Shown here piece by piece: positions 35,843 to 49,011 of a DNA stretch of 64,000 nucleotides (position 1 is its first letter; each line of letters starts with the position of its first letter). The notes under the pieces are model-generated. The model had not been told where the DNA came from. It did not search any database and saw nothing but the letters and a program-made list of their open reading frames with translations. The stretch comes from Eledone cirrhosa (Eukaryota): positions 164,796,001 through 164,860,000 of the forward strand of contig OZ024743.1 of assembly GCA_964016885.1 (NCBI GenBank), read 5' to 3'. A program made the position numbers and the translations under genes.

Positions 35843-36057
35843 TTAGGTAAGGCGGGTCTTCTCTATTACTGAGTACCGCCAAAGGTCTCGGTCCAGTGAC
35901 ATTGTCTTGGAGAGGTGTAAGTGTGTGAGGTCAGAATTTATCAGCTCGTCCCAGGTTTTTCTGGGTCTGCCTACTCCGTAGCTACCGTCTATCTTTATTG
36001 CCCTGCACTTTGTTATACAGCTGTCGTCTTTCATGCGCATCACGTGACCATACCAAA
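35843..36057 (-). mobile_element. RTE LINE 3' fragment
   Basis: WYGHVMRMKDDSCITKC..GVGRPRKTWDELINSDL. Confidence 0.85.
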
Positions 36058-36071
36058 TATATATATATATA

Positions 36072-36123
36072 TAAGTATGTATGTATACGTACATACATAT
36101 ATGTATACAGACGTACAGTAGCA

Positions 36124-36159
<36 letters not shown>

Positions 36160-36664
36160 CAGGCACACATATATATATATGTACGTATCAGTTTACCGAA
36201 CATTTATTATAATGTTCGCTTTGTTCGTTTGTAAACAAACGGACAGTCTGATTTACGCCGTACAGTGTTCAGGCAACCACGTCACCTTTTTGTTCAACAC
36301 TGACACAGGAACGATGTACTAGTTTCAAGCTTGTTAGCTATCGTCAGCACCGTATACCTTTCTGCCAGATGGTTGAACGTTCGAAAGTATATACTTTCCT
36401 TATGAAAATTAACGGCTGAGCAGCCTAATTTGCATATCGAGTGAGTTCAGTCGCCCAGGCGCACCGAAAACGATAAATGGAATAGAATGAAATGAAATTT
36501 CATTTCTCACACGAAGTTTCATTCTATTCCATTTATCGTTTTCGGTGCGCCTGGCCGACTGAACTCGGCGTAAATCAGGCTGTCCGTTTGTTTACAAACG
36601 AAGAAAGCGAACATTATAATAAATGTTCGGTAAACTGATACGTACATATATATATGTGTGCCTG

Positions 36665-36723
<59 letters not shown>

Positions 36724-36831
36724 GCTACTGTACGTCTGTATACATATATGTATGTACGTATACATACATACTTACATTTAAGTAAGTGCCGTACTAAGAG
36801 TGAGAAATGAAATTTCGTTTCATTTTATTCC

Positions 36832-36836
<5 letters not shown>
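36072..36836. repeat. Nested inverted-repeat (fold-back) structure
   Basis: Outer arms 36072-36260 / 36566-36774; inner arms 36443-36492 / 36517-36566; 36799-36836 is an inverted copy of 36473-36510. Confidence 0.92.
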
Positions 36837-36896
<60 letters not shown>

Positions 36897-36901
<5 letters not shown>

Positions 36902-37660
36902 CACACAATGCAGATCCTGGGTACACAAGAGATGTAGTGGAATAGCAGGCAAATTAACAGGTAGGGAGAAATACGTATGCAGTAGATGTACAGGGAAATT
37001 AGACAGTAGAAGTCGCATTGATAGACACATTTTTCAAATGCAGGCGAGTGCTATAGAAGTGGTGGATAGCTTCCGGTACCTAGGAGATCAGATTAGCATG
37101 GGGGGGGGGATCCGAGGCCATAGTATCTAGAATAAGGACGGGTTGGAAGGAGCTTAGGGAGCTGCTTCCTCTGCTGACGAAGAAGGGTTTCCGCCTGATG
37201 CCTGTGTGAGGAGCGTGATGCTGCATGTTAGTGAGACATGGGCAGCAGCTGTAGAGGATATGCGATGGCTGGAGAGAAATGAGGCAAGCATGCTCCGTTG
37301 GATGTGCAGTGTAAATGTGTGTGAACGACCCAGCATTGATGTGTTGAGAGAGAAACTGTGTCTGAGAGGGATAGAATGTGTGCGAGAGAAGAGACTGCGG
37401 TGGTATGGACATGTGATGCGCATGGAGGATGCCTGATGGGTGAAGAAGTGCCAGGAAATGCCAGTTGAAGGAAGACGTGGTAGAGGTAGACCACGAAAAA
37501 CATGGGCGGAGATGGTGAGAACAGACCTCAGATCGCTGAAGCTCACGGTGGAGATAACGAAGGACTGTGACAAGTGGAGAAATGCTGAATAAGACCTGTC
37601 CCACCCTTGCAAGCAGGGAAAAGCTGACGTAAAATGATGATGATGATGATGATGATGATG
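36897..37660 (+). mobile_element. RTE LINE 3' part with Cys-rich module and (GAT)n tail
   Basis: CTQCRSWVHKRCSG..VCSRC, EVVDSFRYLGD, SVMLHVSETW, RLRWYGHVMRM, GRGRPRKTW; (GAT)n at about 37635-37660. Confidence 0.88.
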
Positions 37661-38162
37661 ATATATATATAGAAAGAGAGAAGTGGGGGAGGATTTGAGC
37701 TGTTACAGTTTGTTGAACATCCACTCAAAAATTCAAAGAGCTGTAACAATAAGCCTGTTAACAACTTAACACATCAGAAACCAGAGCCTGTTATCTACTT
37801 CATTAACCACAATGACTTTTCAATTGCTTTATTAACCTCCATTATATTAGTTCATCGCATCAGTTCATTCAATGATAAACCTTACTTGTTCAAAACAATA
37901 CAAGGAAATAAAATTTTATTATAATCGTTATTATTTTTGTTGTTTGCTGTGAACAACCACATTTCACAGAATTCCATGTAGCATAGTGGTTCTCAGAGAA
38001 TCAAATCACATCTCCCCTTGCAATCCCAGCTTTCTTCTGTCCCTGTCTCATTTTGAATTGTCATCTAATAATTGTTCACCTTAGTCCATGAGTAAGCTTT
38101 CCAAACGCCAATACTAGTTGGGTGTATTGATATTTCATTTGACATACACACAATGTATAATA

Positions 38163-38320
38163 TTAGGTCAACAAAAGCTAAGTATAGTGGCTTATTCTTC
38201 TCTAAGAACCTCTCTTGTAGTTGTCTCACTAAGAAGAGGGCATCTGTTGTACTTTTCCCAGGCACAAAACCAAACTGCATCTCATCTAATTTGACATTTT
38301 CTCTAATTAGTTGCGCTAAT
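38163..38320 (-). mobile_element. RTE RT fragment
   Basis: MQFGFVPGKSTTDALFLVRQLQERFLEKNKPLYLAFVDL. Confidence 0.85.
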
Positions 38321-38399
38321 ATTAATATTATATATATATATATATGATATACACTATAGTTGGCTATATTGGTATTTTATTTGATATATATAAGGAAAA

Positions 38400-39200
38400 T
38401 AATAATAAAAAAAAGAGGTTTGAAAAGCACACCTGGTATATGTATGAAAAAGGATCTTTATAACATGAACAAAATATTGATGTTTAGTGAAGCTTGCTTT
38501 CTGTTTTTTGATTTTCATAACATTTCTTTTTAGGTTAAATTGTCCTTTCGTTCAGACTCCTGCATGCTGTTTTATGATTGTATGGTTTGAGTTGCTTCTG
38601 TCCTTGCTAAAGTAAGGGATACAACTTGTTTTGGTTTGTTGACACTTGTAGATAAACATTTTTTTTTAATTTGTGACAATGGGCGTAACTCTGCTTTCCT
38701 TTAGAGTTTAAATTTGGTTTGAATTTTCAGATAAACATTTGCTCTTTTCAGATAAACATTTACCTTGTTCTGTGATTTCATAATCATATTGGTATAATGG
38801 GAAGACATCAAAGTTTTGTAGCATTTCTGTTCCACATTCTTTTATATGTTTGCTTAGAGGTATCTTTCAAGTATTCAGGGTTCTGATATGTTGTCTGTGG
38901 ACTGTCATTCTTTTTCTGCATGTCAACCCTATCTGTCCTACAAAATGTTCATGGCAACCTCGGCAGGTTATGACGTAAATTAAGTTTTCAGAGTTGCAAG
39001 CCACCTATCCCATTATGGAATTTTTTATTTTCAGGTTTATGAAATTCTCTTGTGTGGTTCTGATGATTTTTATGCCTGCTGCTACAGTGATTATTGATAT
39101 GAAATAATCGTTTTGTGTTATGTTTTTGTGTTATCGATATAATTCATTAGGCTGTTGATGTTTGTGTTTATTGCCGTGTACTATAGTTAAAGTTACTTTT
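38400..39200 (-). mobile_element. Penelope-like element 3' part (GIY-YIG endonuclease relic)
   Basis: - strand 39000-38870 reads CNSENLIYVITCRGCHEHFVGQIGLTCRK(R)MTVHRQHI. Confidence 0.8.
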
Positions 39201-39236
39201 CTTTTATTTGTGTTGTGGATGCTGTTCTTGTTGTTC

Positions 39237-42200
39237 ATATGGGCACAAAAGGTTTAATAATAATAAAAAGAAAGGTAAAAATAAAAAAAATGTTAACAAT
39301 GGGAATACCTCAATACAGATGAGACGTTTGAGGGATGCTCATAGAAAAATCCCCATAAAAATCACAGGTGCCCTGATCACTAGGGAAAATGCCCTATCCC
39401 AGTTGTCCTCTTTTAATCTACAGGCACACACTCAGAGCAGGCCCATTCACTTGGGCATGCTTGTCCCTCTCACCCACCTCTCAATAAACTGCTTGGAAGG
39501 CAGCACTTCTCTCTTTAGCCTGATTTTCCTCTTCAAGAAAAACCTGAAAAGGGTAGTCAGGTGAAGAGAAAAGTGCTTGTCTTCAGACATGTGCACCATA
39601 AAACCTATTTCACCATGGTTACCAGACAGATAAAAACAGCCAGCCCTTCTTGACTAAAGCAAGGTGGTGGGATGATCTTCACAATGGACCCAGCTGATAG
39701 TTGGATTCATCCTACAAGTGACAGGTTTTCAATATAAAACCCCAAGTCGGACACTCAACAAGTGTATGCAGGATGGTATCATCGCTCTGCACTCATTTTG
39801 GTCAGGCTGGGCGAATGGCATTTCTATGCCTGTAAAGTTTATCCTAAACTGGCAAAGCTCCTTGTCAGCACTGCCAGGCCAGGCATTTCTGGAAATTATC
39901 CATGGGCCCTGGACCAAAAGACCTCTCCCAAAAAGTGGCTAGTTGATTTTTGACGATGCCCATTGTTTCCCAAAGAACATTGTCACTTTTATCTGCCACT
40001 AACCCTCTATAGAACGCCAAGGTGGAGTTTCCACTGATTGTACTGATAGAGGGATGTGAGTGCTTAAAAACATTCCAGGTTCCAAGCACTCCCTCTCTGT
40101 TTCCAATTGACCCATGACAGCAGCTCCATCAAGAAGACAAGCTGGGGAAACATGTATTTAGAGAACGGTGACCACACCTGCTTACCGCTAAGGAAAAGTT
40201 GTAGCTTCAGCGCACGTGTGTGCATTATCAGCCCTCCATGGAGCGGATGTTGACAGCAGATGGAACATTGGAACATGCCCTTCCACAAGAAGTGAAAGAA
40301 TAAATGCTCCAATGCAGTCAGACAGGGCTTAGGACAAGGCACAGCAGTCAGGAAGGCAGTAGTAGGTGACGGATGCTATGAATGCATTCGCCACTTCTGC
40401 CCAACCTTTCAAGGACAGCTTTCTCTCAGTTCATTTCTGGGTGAGAGTGGCCACACTATTCATTACCTCGTCCCATTTTTTACCCATCTGGAGGTCTTGA
40501 CCAAAGCAGTCACCGAGTAATTTAACTGGTCTGTTTATCCGGCACCCAATGATGTTATTGGACAGCATGGACTAGGTGCTTAGTTGCAGACCCACCAACT
40601 TTTCTTGTCAGCACTTCGTATTCCCTCAGAGCAATGTGTTTGAGACTCGACACTAGTATGGTGACACCGTCAGCATATGCAGACATGGATCACCCATGTC
40701 CTAGTTCATGTGGGATGCTGCTCAATGTGTTCAATTTGTGTAGTCAATACACACAACAGGGATGAAAGGGGGAAACCTTGGTAGACCAAGTGCATGATGT
40801 TGAACAGTTCCAAGTGGTGACTGTTCACTCTAATGACAGAGCAGATGTCACTGTACATTGCAGTAATCCATTCTCTTAAAATGGGCCCAAAGCCTGATGC
40901 TTTGAGGACCATCACCAGGTACTGTTGGTCGACCCTATCAAATGCTTTCGATTGATCTAAGTTGTGCCAGGTTACTTAGCTAACCTCTCTATGATGTATT
41001 GCATAAGGTGGAAGTTGTGGATAGACCTCTTGGGAATGGCACATGTCTGCACCTCCTCCACCAGACTACTGATGACAAGCACCAACATCATCGCCAACAC
41101 TTTAGCCAAAATTTTGAAATCTGCATTTAGTAGATTTATGGGTTTAAAATTATCGACATAATCCCTTTTGTTTGAGTTCTTTCTCAGCAATTCCACCGCT
41201 CCTTGGTTCACACAATTGTGAATTCTTCTATTCTGCTGTCTGTTGTAGTACATCTGTCACTTAACAACACTCTTTTTGCAACACTCCACCTCTGTTGTCA
41301 AGAGCCCCAGTATGTTGTTGAGGTAGGCATTAAAGTCCAGCCCATTAGTGCTCCTAAACAGTTGAGCAAAATGCTGCTGAACAGCTGCACACATCTGCTT
41401 GTGATTGAGTATCATGTGCCCAACATGGTGTGCCATAGATCGGATTGTGGCTTTCTTGTCATGCTTCACCTACACTATTCAGGCCCATTGATTGGTTTTC
41501 ATCCCTTTGTGCCTTATAACATGTGCCTTAGCTCTGAAAACACAGCCTTTGTGCTTAGCATTGTGAGTTGTGATGTCATTGCTAACTACCTCTTCTAGCT
41601 TTTAAACTAGCTCTCAATCTACTCTAGTTTTCTCTATCACTACAGATTTACTAAACCTTATCAATTCTATTTTAATTGCTCTTTTCAGGGCAAACCACCA
41701 TTTGTTGTTGCCGATTGCCCCCATCTGGGTCCCTGCCTCTGGAGCCTATCTAAATTGACTGTACAAATCAGAAATTTGTGGTCTGTGTAGTTGACTACTT
41801 TAGATTGTAGACAACCTATGCTATCCTTGTCTACTTTCCTACAGAATAACTTATCTAGATACAATCTGGATGACCTGATGTGGCTAATCCATGTCCACAT
41901 TGGCATATTTGTGAAATCCACTTGGTACCTGTCAGACAGTTGGAAGCATCTCAGCAGTTTTGTGAGACTTTTGCACCCTTGTCTCCTATCCACTAGTTCC
42001 ACACAGTCCCATCATGCATCTAAGATATTGTTCCAGTTGCCAACAGACACTAAAGAGCAGGCATTCCTAGAAAGGTCTCCAGCCACCTGAAGAAATGAGT
42101 TTGTCCTGCTCCTATCGGAGCATAGTTGGTGGCTAGCCTGAAGTACCTTTCACTGCTGGTAACGTCCAGCATCACCGACTTACAAGGAAGATAGTCCATG

Positions 42201-43800
42201 TTGCAAGGTCTAGGCGTTTTTGAAACATCACAGCAACTCTGCCTCCAGATTCTGGATGGCTCAGAGATATGTAGACCTCGTAGCCACTGAAAATGGTTGT
42301 GAAGGTTCATGCATCGGAAACTCTTTGTTGCTGGCCACTACATATATGTCCAGATATCTGATGTTGTTGAGCAGGTGGCTCAGCTTCCAAAACGATTTAG
42401 CCTTTTTCTCTAATTGTGTTGTGCTATAAATAGTTCAATAGTTTTGTGTTGTTAGTGTTTATTGCTGTGTAATGTGTGATGTTTATATCCTACTACGATG
42501 GCGGTTGTGTAGGTGTATGTGTTTGTTGCATTCTGGCTTTTGTGATTTTTTCTTTCTTTTGCCCTCTTTTTTTTTTGAGGGTGAAAACAGGGAGATTTTA
42601 ATTTTATTTTTTTGGCAGACAGACTGCTTGTCACTCCTCACCCTCATCCAAATTTAGATCCCACTGTTGGATGTTGGGGAGTGGCATGTCTTCAATGGGC
42701 ATTGGTGGTGTTGTTGCTAGTGGTGGCAGTTCTGTTGGTGCTGTTGTTAATGTTGATCTTGCTAGTGTTGATGTTGTTGTTCCAGTTGTTGATTTTGCTG
42801 TTGCTTGCTAATGTAGCTGCTGCTATTGGTATTGGTGCTGCTATTCTTCTTCTTAATGTTATTTCTGTCTGGATTTTGGTGGTTGTTGTCAGTGAGTTTT
42901 ATGGTGTTGGTAGAAGGGGTGTCCTCTCCCTTTCAGTGATAAGCAGAAGGCTCTCAGGTGATTTGTCGAAAAACAAATGTGACCCTTGGCATTCTTCCCT
43001 TCGACCCTAATGGGTAGGATGATGTCGTCTGGGAGACGTACTGTTCTGGAATAGCATCCACATTTCTTTGGCAGGTAAGGATGAGAATTTCACCTCCCAT
43101 CTCCAACCAGTTCTCTATTTTAGTCTGTTAGACTTCAAGAATTTTCAAGTTTACCTGTGACTGCATCAATTAGCCAAGAAATGGCCATTTCAGGTGGTAC
43201 CTGCTGGACATGGATCCTTACTAGTCTCTGTTCAGACTAGTAAGTGACCAGCAGGATCTCTTCACTTTGTAAGGGGTTCAAGGAGTGAAATCTTCCTCTT
43301 CTGTTGCAAATCTCCCCTCCACCATGCCAAAATCCCTGCCCTTGCCCCATATGGAACCTAAAGCTTTTTATATCTGAGTTTCTGTGGCTCTCTCTACATT
43401 CCTGGATTTTAAACCAATAATGCAGTACTTCACTGTGCAGTGGACCATATTTTAGATAGTGTCAACAAAGGTGTAAAGCATGACAATAGGCTCAGCTCTT
43501 TCCACCAGAACTCTAACCTGTTGTACTTCTTCCTTACAGTAAATTACTTTTTGGAAGAAAAATTTTATAACACTAGAAAAATATATCTTACCACTAGTGT
43601 TGGTATTTTGGGTTGGTTTATTGTTATTGTTGTTGTTGTTAACATTGTTTCATTGATATACTTGTGCTTGTTATTACCATTTTCAATTTTATAGCAAAGT
43701 TGTTGTTTACATTGTTGTTGTTGCTGTCGTCATTGTTATTTCTGTTATTGCTGTTAACAACAGTCTAATTTTCTAAATTGAAAACCATATCATTCAAAAT
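39237..43800 (-). mobile_element. Tx1 LINE (E), near full length, heavily decayed
   Basis: NYTDHKFLIC, NFKPINLLNADFKILAKVLA, QGFPLSSLL, PWIISRNAW; ORF1 remnants 42430-43600. Confidence 0.85.
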
Positions 43801-43934
43801 TTTAAAAAATTGCTATTTTGATTTCATCTCCATCGAAGAGACTCTGTTTTTCTTCACCATCTTCCCTTCAGCTGTTGACAGGGACTCCCTATCTCTATGA
43901 GATGTATCTCAACGTGTTGTTGTTCCTTCTCACT

Positions 43935-46900
43935 AGCCTACAGGCGTATGCTCAGAGTAGGCCCTTTCACACAGGCCATTCTCACCTTATTCAGCCACCT
44001 TTTAACAAATGTACTGGGGGTAGCACATTTCTCTCCACCCTCACCTTCTTTTCCTAGTGAAACTTGAAAAAGCTGATGAGTGATTGGCCAAAGAGAAAAG
44101 TGTTTGTTTTCAGTCCTTTCAACCTGGTTCACCACTAATCCTCTATAGAACTCAAGAGTGGCAGTTCGAGTGACTGCATTGCCCATCTGGTAGAGGGCAG
44201 AGAGCGCCTAGCAACATTGCAGATACCAGGCATCCAGTCTCAGCCTCTTCTTGAACCAGGATGGCAGCTCAGTCAAAGAGATGAACTGTGGAAAGGCCTG
44301 TCTCACTAACAGCGACCACACCTGTTCACCATTTAGATAGAATATCTAAAGATGCTGCAGCTTCAGTGCATGTTTGCAGATCATTAGTCACAGCATGCCC
44401 AGCCCAGTGTGTAGAGAGTGCTGGCAGGAGATGGACTGCCTCACCACAAAAAGTTGAACCAGTCCCCTCCACAATAAGTTGAGTAGTAGCCATTCCAATT
44501 TGGTGAGGCACGAACAGGGGCAAGGCACGATGGTCAGGTAGTAATAGATGACAGATGCGATGTACATGTTAGCCACCTCCACCTGACCATTCAGGGACAG
44601 TTTCCTCTTGGCCCATCTCTCAATGATTGTGGCTACCCTGTTTGTAACCTTGTCCCAATTCTTATCTTCTGGAGGTTTGGTCTGAACCAAACCCTAAGCA
44701 AATTTACTGGTCCATCTGTCCAGCATGTGATGACACTGTTGGATGGCAAGGACTTGCCTCTTCAGATGCCAAGCTGCAATCCCACTGACTTTTCCGGGTT
44801 TAGTTTTGCTACCATCAACCTTTGATATTCCTCCAAGAAGGAGCTGACCACCTTGATATTCGAGGTGTTTGACACCATCATGGTGACATCGTCTGCATAT
44901 GCCATCACAGCCTTTCCACATTTCGGTTCGAGCAAGATGTCCCGCAACAGCTCCAGCTTTCGCAGTAAAGGCTCGAGAGTCAATACATACAGAAGGGAGG
45001 AGAGAGGGACCTTGACGAACCAACCAGGAGATCTGAAATGGTTCCAAAATATGGCCATTAACTTTGACCACCGAGTAGATGCTGCTGTGATCCAACCCCT
45101 GAAGACAGGACCGAAGCTGGCTGACTTGAGGACAGCCTCCAGGTTTCGATGTTTGATCGATGTTTGATCCTGTCGAAAACTTTTGATTGATCTAAATTCA
45201 TCAGAGCCTCACCAAAGGCAGAATTTTGCACCTACCCTCTCTATGATGTATCACATGAGGTTGAGGTTGTCATGTATGGACATGGTCAGGATTGTGCAAG
45301 TTTGCGCCTCTCCTAACAAAACTTCGGCGAAAAGGGCCAACTTCTTTGCTAATACCTTGGCCAAATTCTTAAACTCTGTGTTTAACAGTTATAGGCTTGA
45401 AGTTATCTAACATATCTCTTTTGTTCTCATCTTTACATATCGGTGTCCCTATGCACCGACTCACAGAACTGGGAATACTTACATTCTGCTGCCAGTTTCA
45501 GTGGAGCATTTTGAGGAGATTGTATAACACGTCTGGGATATCTACGTAAAGCTCAAAGGGCAGACCATCCAAACCAGGTGGTATGTGCCTTGTGGAGTGG
45601 ATTAGGGCATCCCAAATCTCAGCAGAAGTTATCAGCCTTTCGCAGTGCTCAGCATCAACCGTCGAGAGATGCAGTAGGCTGTTGAGGTAAAGACAGAAGT
45701 CCACTACCATCTCCAACCATCACTCCCCCCTGAACAGCTGATCAAAGTGGTGGCGAAATACCTCACATATCTGCCTGGAATCATTCAGCTTGTGTTCCTC
45801 TCAGTCCATCGAACAGCTTTGGTTCCCTCATTTCTTAGAGCACGCACCTTAGCTCTGGCAAAGCAACCTTCATATTTTGCATTGAAGGAATGGTCTAATG
45901 CCTTTCTCACCATTAGCATGTCAGTTGCAATGTCACTACAAATAGCCTCATTTAATTTAGCTACCAGTTCCACCTCCTTTCTATTTTTCTCTAATGCTAC
46001 TTCTTTGCTAAAGCCTATTGAAGTTACTCTAATCTCTCTTTTGAGAACCCCCGCCCCCATCTGTTATTGACCCCCCCCCCCCCCCACCCCGTCAACTTTT
46101 GCTGAACTAAATTGTTGACCCTGTAAGCCTTATGTGCCAGGAACAACATGTTCGGCTTCCAGTAACCAGGTCCTAACCTGTGTGTCATATCTAGGTCAAC
46201 CATGCAGATCACAAACTTGTGATCTGAATAGGCGACCATTTGAAAGTGTGAGCAGCCTATACTATTCTTATCTACTGACCAAATGAAGAACCTATCTAAG
46301 TACAATCTAGATGACCCTACGTGGTTGGTCCAGGTCCACACTGGCGCATTAAGGAAATCTAGTCGGTACCTGTCAGACAGTTAGAACTGGCTGATCAGGT
46401 AACTAAGGGGTTTTTGCACCCCACTTCTATCAGCTACTCCTACACAATGCATCTAAGATGCCGTTCCAGTCCCCCGGTAACTGTAAAGGGTGAGATGTTC
46501 CCAGAAAGGCTTCTCAGCCTAAAGAAATACAACCATCCAGTCCTGGTGGGGACGTAAACAGCCGACAGTCTAAAGGCACCACCTTTGCTATTGTTCACAT
46601 CTAGGACCCCCAACTTATCGTCCGGAAGATCGACCTTTCCTTAAGATCCACCCCTCCTCCCATTCCCAGTCGACTAAAAGATGCTAAGATCTGATAGTCA
46701 ATCGAAAATGGGGGCTAGTGCGCATGCATCTGAAATTCTGGTCACGCTGATAGTAGCCATGTCCATATCTAGTGACCTGAGGTCCTTCAGCAAGCGACCC
46801 TGCCTCCAGGACGACCCTAGGCCACAAACATTTAAACATCCCACTCTTAAGATCTACTTATCTCCCTGGTGCTCATGGGGGTCAAGTGGTTCAACCTCCA

Positions 46901-48700
46901 TGATTAGTGATGTTTCCTTTGTGAACTCCCTTAAAAGCCAATTCGAGGCTTTCATACTAGGAGTTCCCACATCGTCGGGGAAACTTTCTCTAATGTTTTT
47001 GTATGTTTTTACTGGTATCCGCATCATTAGCAATGTTTTGGGCACTTTGAAGGTGCTGGTTCCAAAAAACTCTCACTCTTTCTCAATATCTTGACTTCAT
47101 GTTACACGGGCCATAAATGTGTTTCCTTTTGTGGGGCATGAGATGCAGTTGTGTCTGTGTTGTTGGTGGTTGTGTGTTTTGTTGACTGTTGTGATGTTGG
47201 TTTTGTTGTGGATATATCTGTATTTGCTGTGTATATGTTTTGTGTGCTTTTAGGTGTGTGTGTATTTTTCATTTTGTATTTCCTTTTTTGTTTTTGTTTT
47301 TGAGGTTCCCCCTCATCTTCACTTGGGGATGAGGAGGGACTAGTGTCAGGGGTTTCTGTGTCAGAGGGGAGTAGGATCATGTTTACGGGTGTATGCTTGT
47401 TTATGTGTGTATTTGTTTTGGGAGGGGAAGTGGAGATTTTTTTCCTCATTTTCCCCCTGGGTTGGTTTTCATGTTAGTGGTGCTGGTGTTGGTGATTGTG
47501 GTGTTGGTTGCCCATGTCCCAGTGTTGGCAGCAATGGATGTTTGCAGCCCACTAGGGTTTTGAGCTGGGGAAAAAGGCTCGCAGGTGTATGGTTTTACTG
47601 CAGATGAAGTAATGCAGCCTTTTGCCTTCAGTGACCACTTGTATGGCTGTCTATCATGTAGGCGGATGTGATCTGGGATATTTTTCATATCTTCTGGTTT
47701 GATTTGAACTTAACGTCATCTTAGATGTACTTCAGTGGGGCCTCAACTTCAGCTTGAGGGGTCTCCTCTGCTTTGCGGGTCTGCACCGAAATGCATCTGT
47801 ATATAATTGTTCTGCGCTCCACTGCCTCCATTTCCCTAACTGGAATGTTTAATTTGGTGCAGGGTTTTTTTCACATTTGTTTATCTTCCATGCCTAGGCT
47901 AAACGTTGTTCTTTATCAGGTCCATGTGAAAACATGGCCTTTTCTTAGCTGCAGCGACAGCAAATGTGTTGCCGTTGTTCCTGGTTACTCATTGTTTTTT
48001 TTTGTTGTTTTTGTTGTTCAAATTATTGTTGTTCACGTTGTGATTGATGTTGTGATTGTGTTACCGGTGCTGGTTGTGTCGTTGTTCATTTTGTTGTTAT
48101 GGTTCAAATTGTTGTTATTGTTCTTGTTGTTGTCGTTGATATTTTGGTTGTTGTTGTTACTGTTGTTTTTGTTAGTGCTATCGTTATTGATGTTCATGTG
48201 ACTGATGTTGTGATTGTCATTGTTGCTGTTGCTGCTTTTCCTACTTGTTTCTGTTACACATTTTCTTCATAGCTGTTGTTGTTGTTGTGGTAGTGACAGT
48301 GGTGGAAGGTAAAATGTTTTCTGTAGCTTGGCAGAGTGTAGTTGCTGGTGTTGTTGTTATGACAATGTCTGTGGTGGTAGTGGTAACACTGTTCATGTCT
48401 ATAGTGGTAGTAGGGACAGTTTCCAACATTGAACTGTTGACACGTAACAGCTGACTGAAAGTTTTAGGGTGCATTTCGGCCATGTTTTTTTTGTTTATAG
48501 GAAAAGAATTTCCAAAATTTAAATAAAGTTCAAATATTTGGGCCTAAGGCCAAAATATTAAAAAGTCTTCCTTCCTTGGGGCAAATATGGGTGCCTTATG
48601 TTCCGTTGTCAACAAAGTTAATTACAAAATAACATTTCAAACAACTTAAATTTACAAACATTTTCACCCACAGAATTGTACGTCTTCCGTTTTCACTGCC
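43935..48700 (-). mobile_element. Tx1 LINE (F), near full length, decayed, 3' UTR missing
   Basis: 5' start GGCAGTGAAAACGGAAGACG at 48700; Thr/Asn-rich ORF1 from 48483; ORF2 YSDHKFV, PPGLDGLPFELY, AYADDVT. Confidence 0.87.
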
Positions 48701-49011
48701 ATTTATAATCAGCAGCAGCAAAGCGTCTATGATAGGATTCGCTCCCGTAAGTTTGATGATTTCCACATGTTTAAAATGCTTGTCTTGATAAAATTTTTGT
48801 TACAATGGTAACATAAGCCTTTGTCCTCAAGAAGTGAGACTCTATGGTAATATATTTAATTTTATATTCTAAACTTGCATCCCAACAAATTTTTTTAACA
48901 AACTGAGGCAACCTCTACCCTTCACTTCCATTGAACAGAACAGCAAAACAATGCCACTAACACCACTAACATCACAATGTCGTCTCCAGCAACAACAACA
49001 ACAACACAAAC

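Noticed and set aside
48711-48752. Possible micro-exon (CAG...CCC|GTAAGT)
   Set aside because: Weak acceptor next to a Tx1 5' end, no partner exons; compatible with chance.
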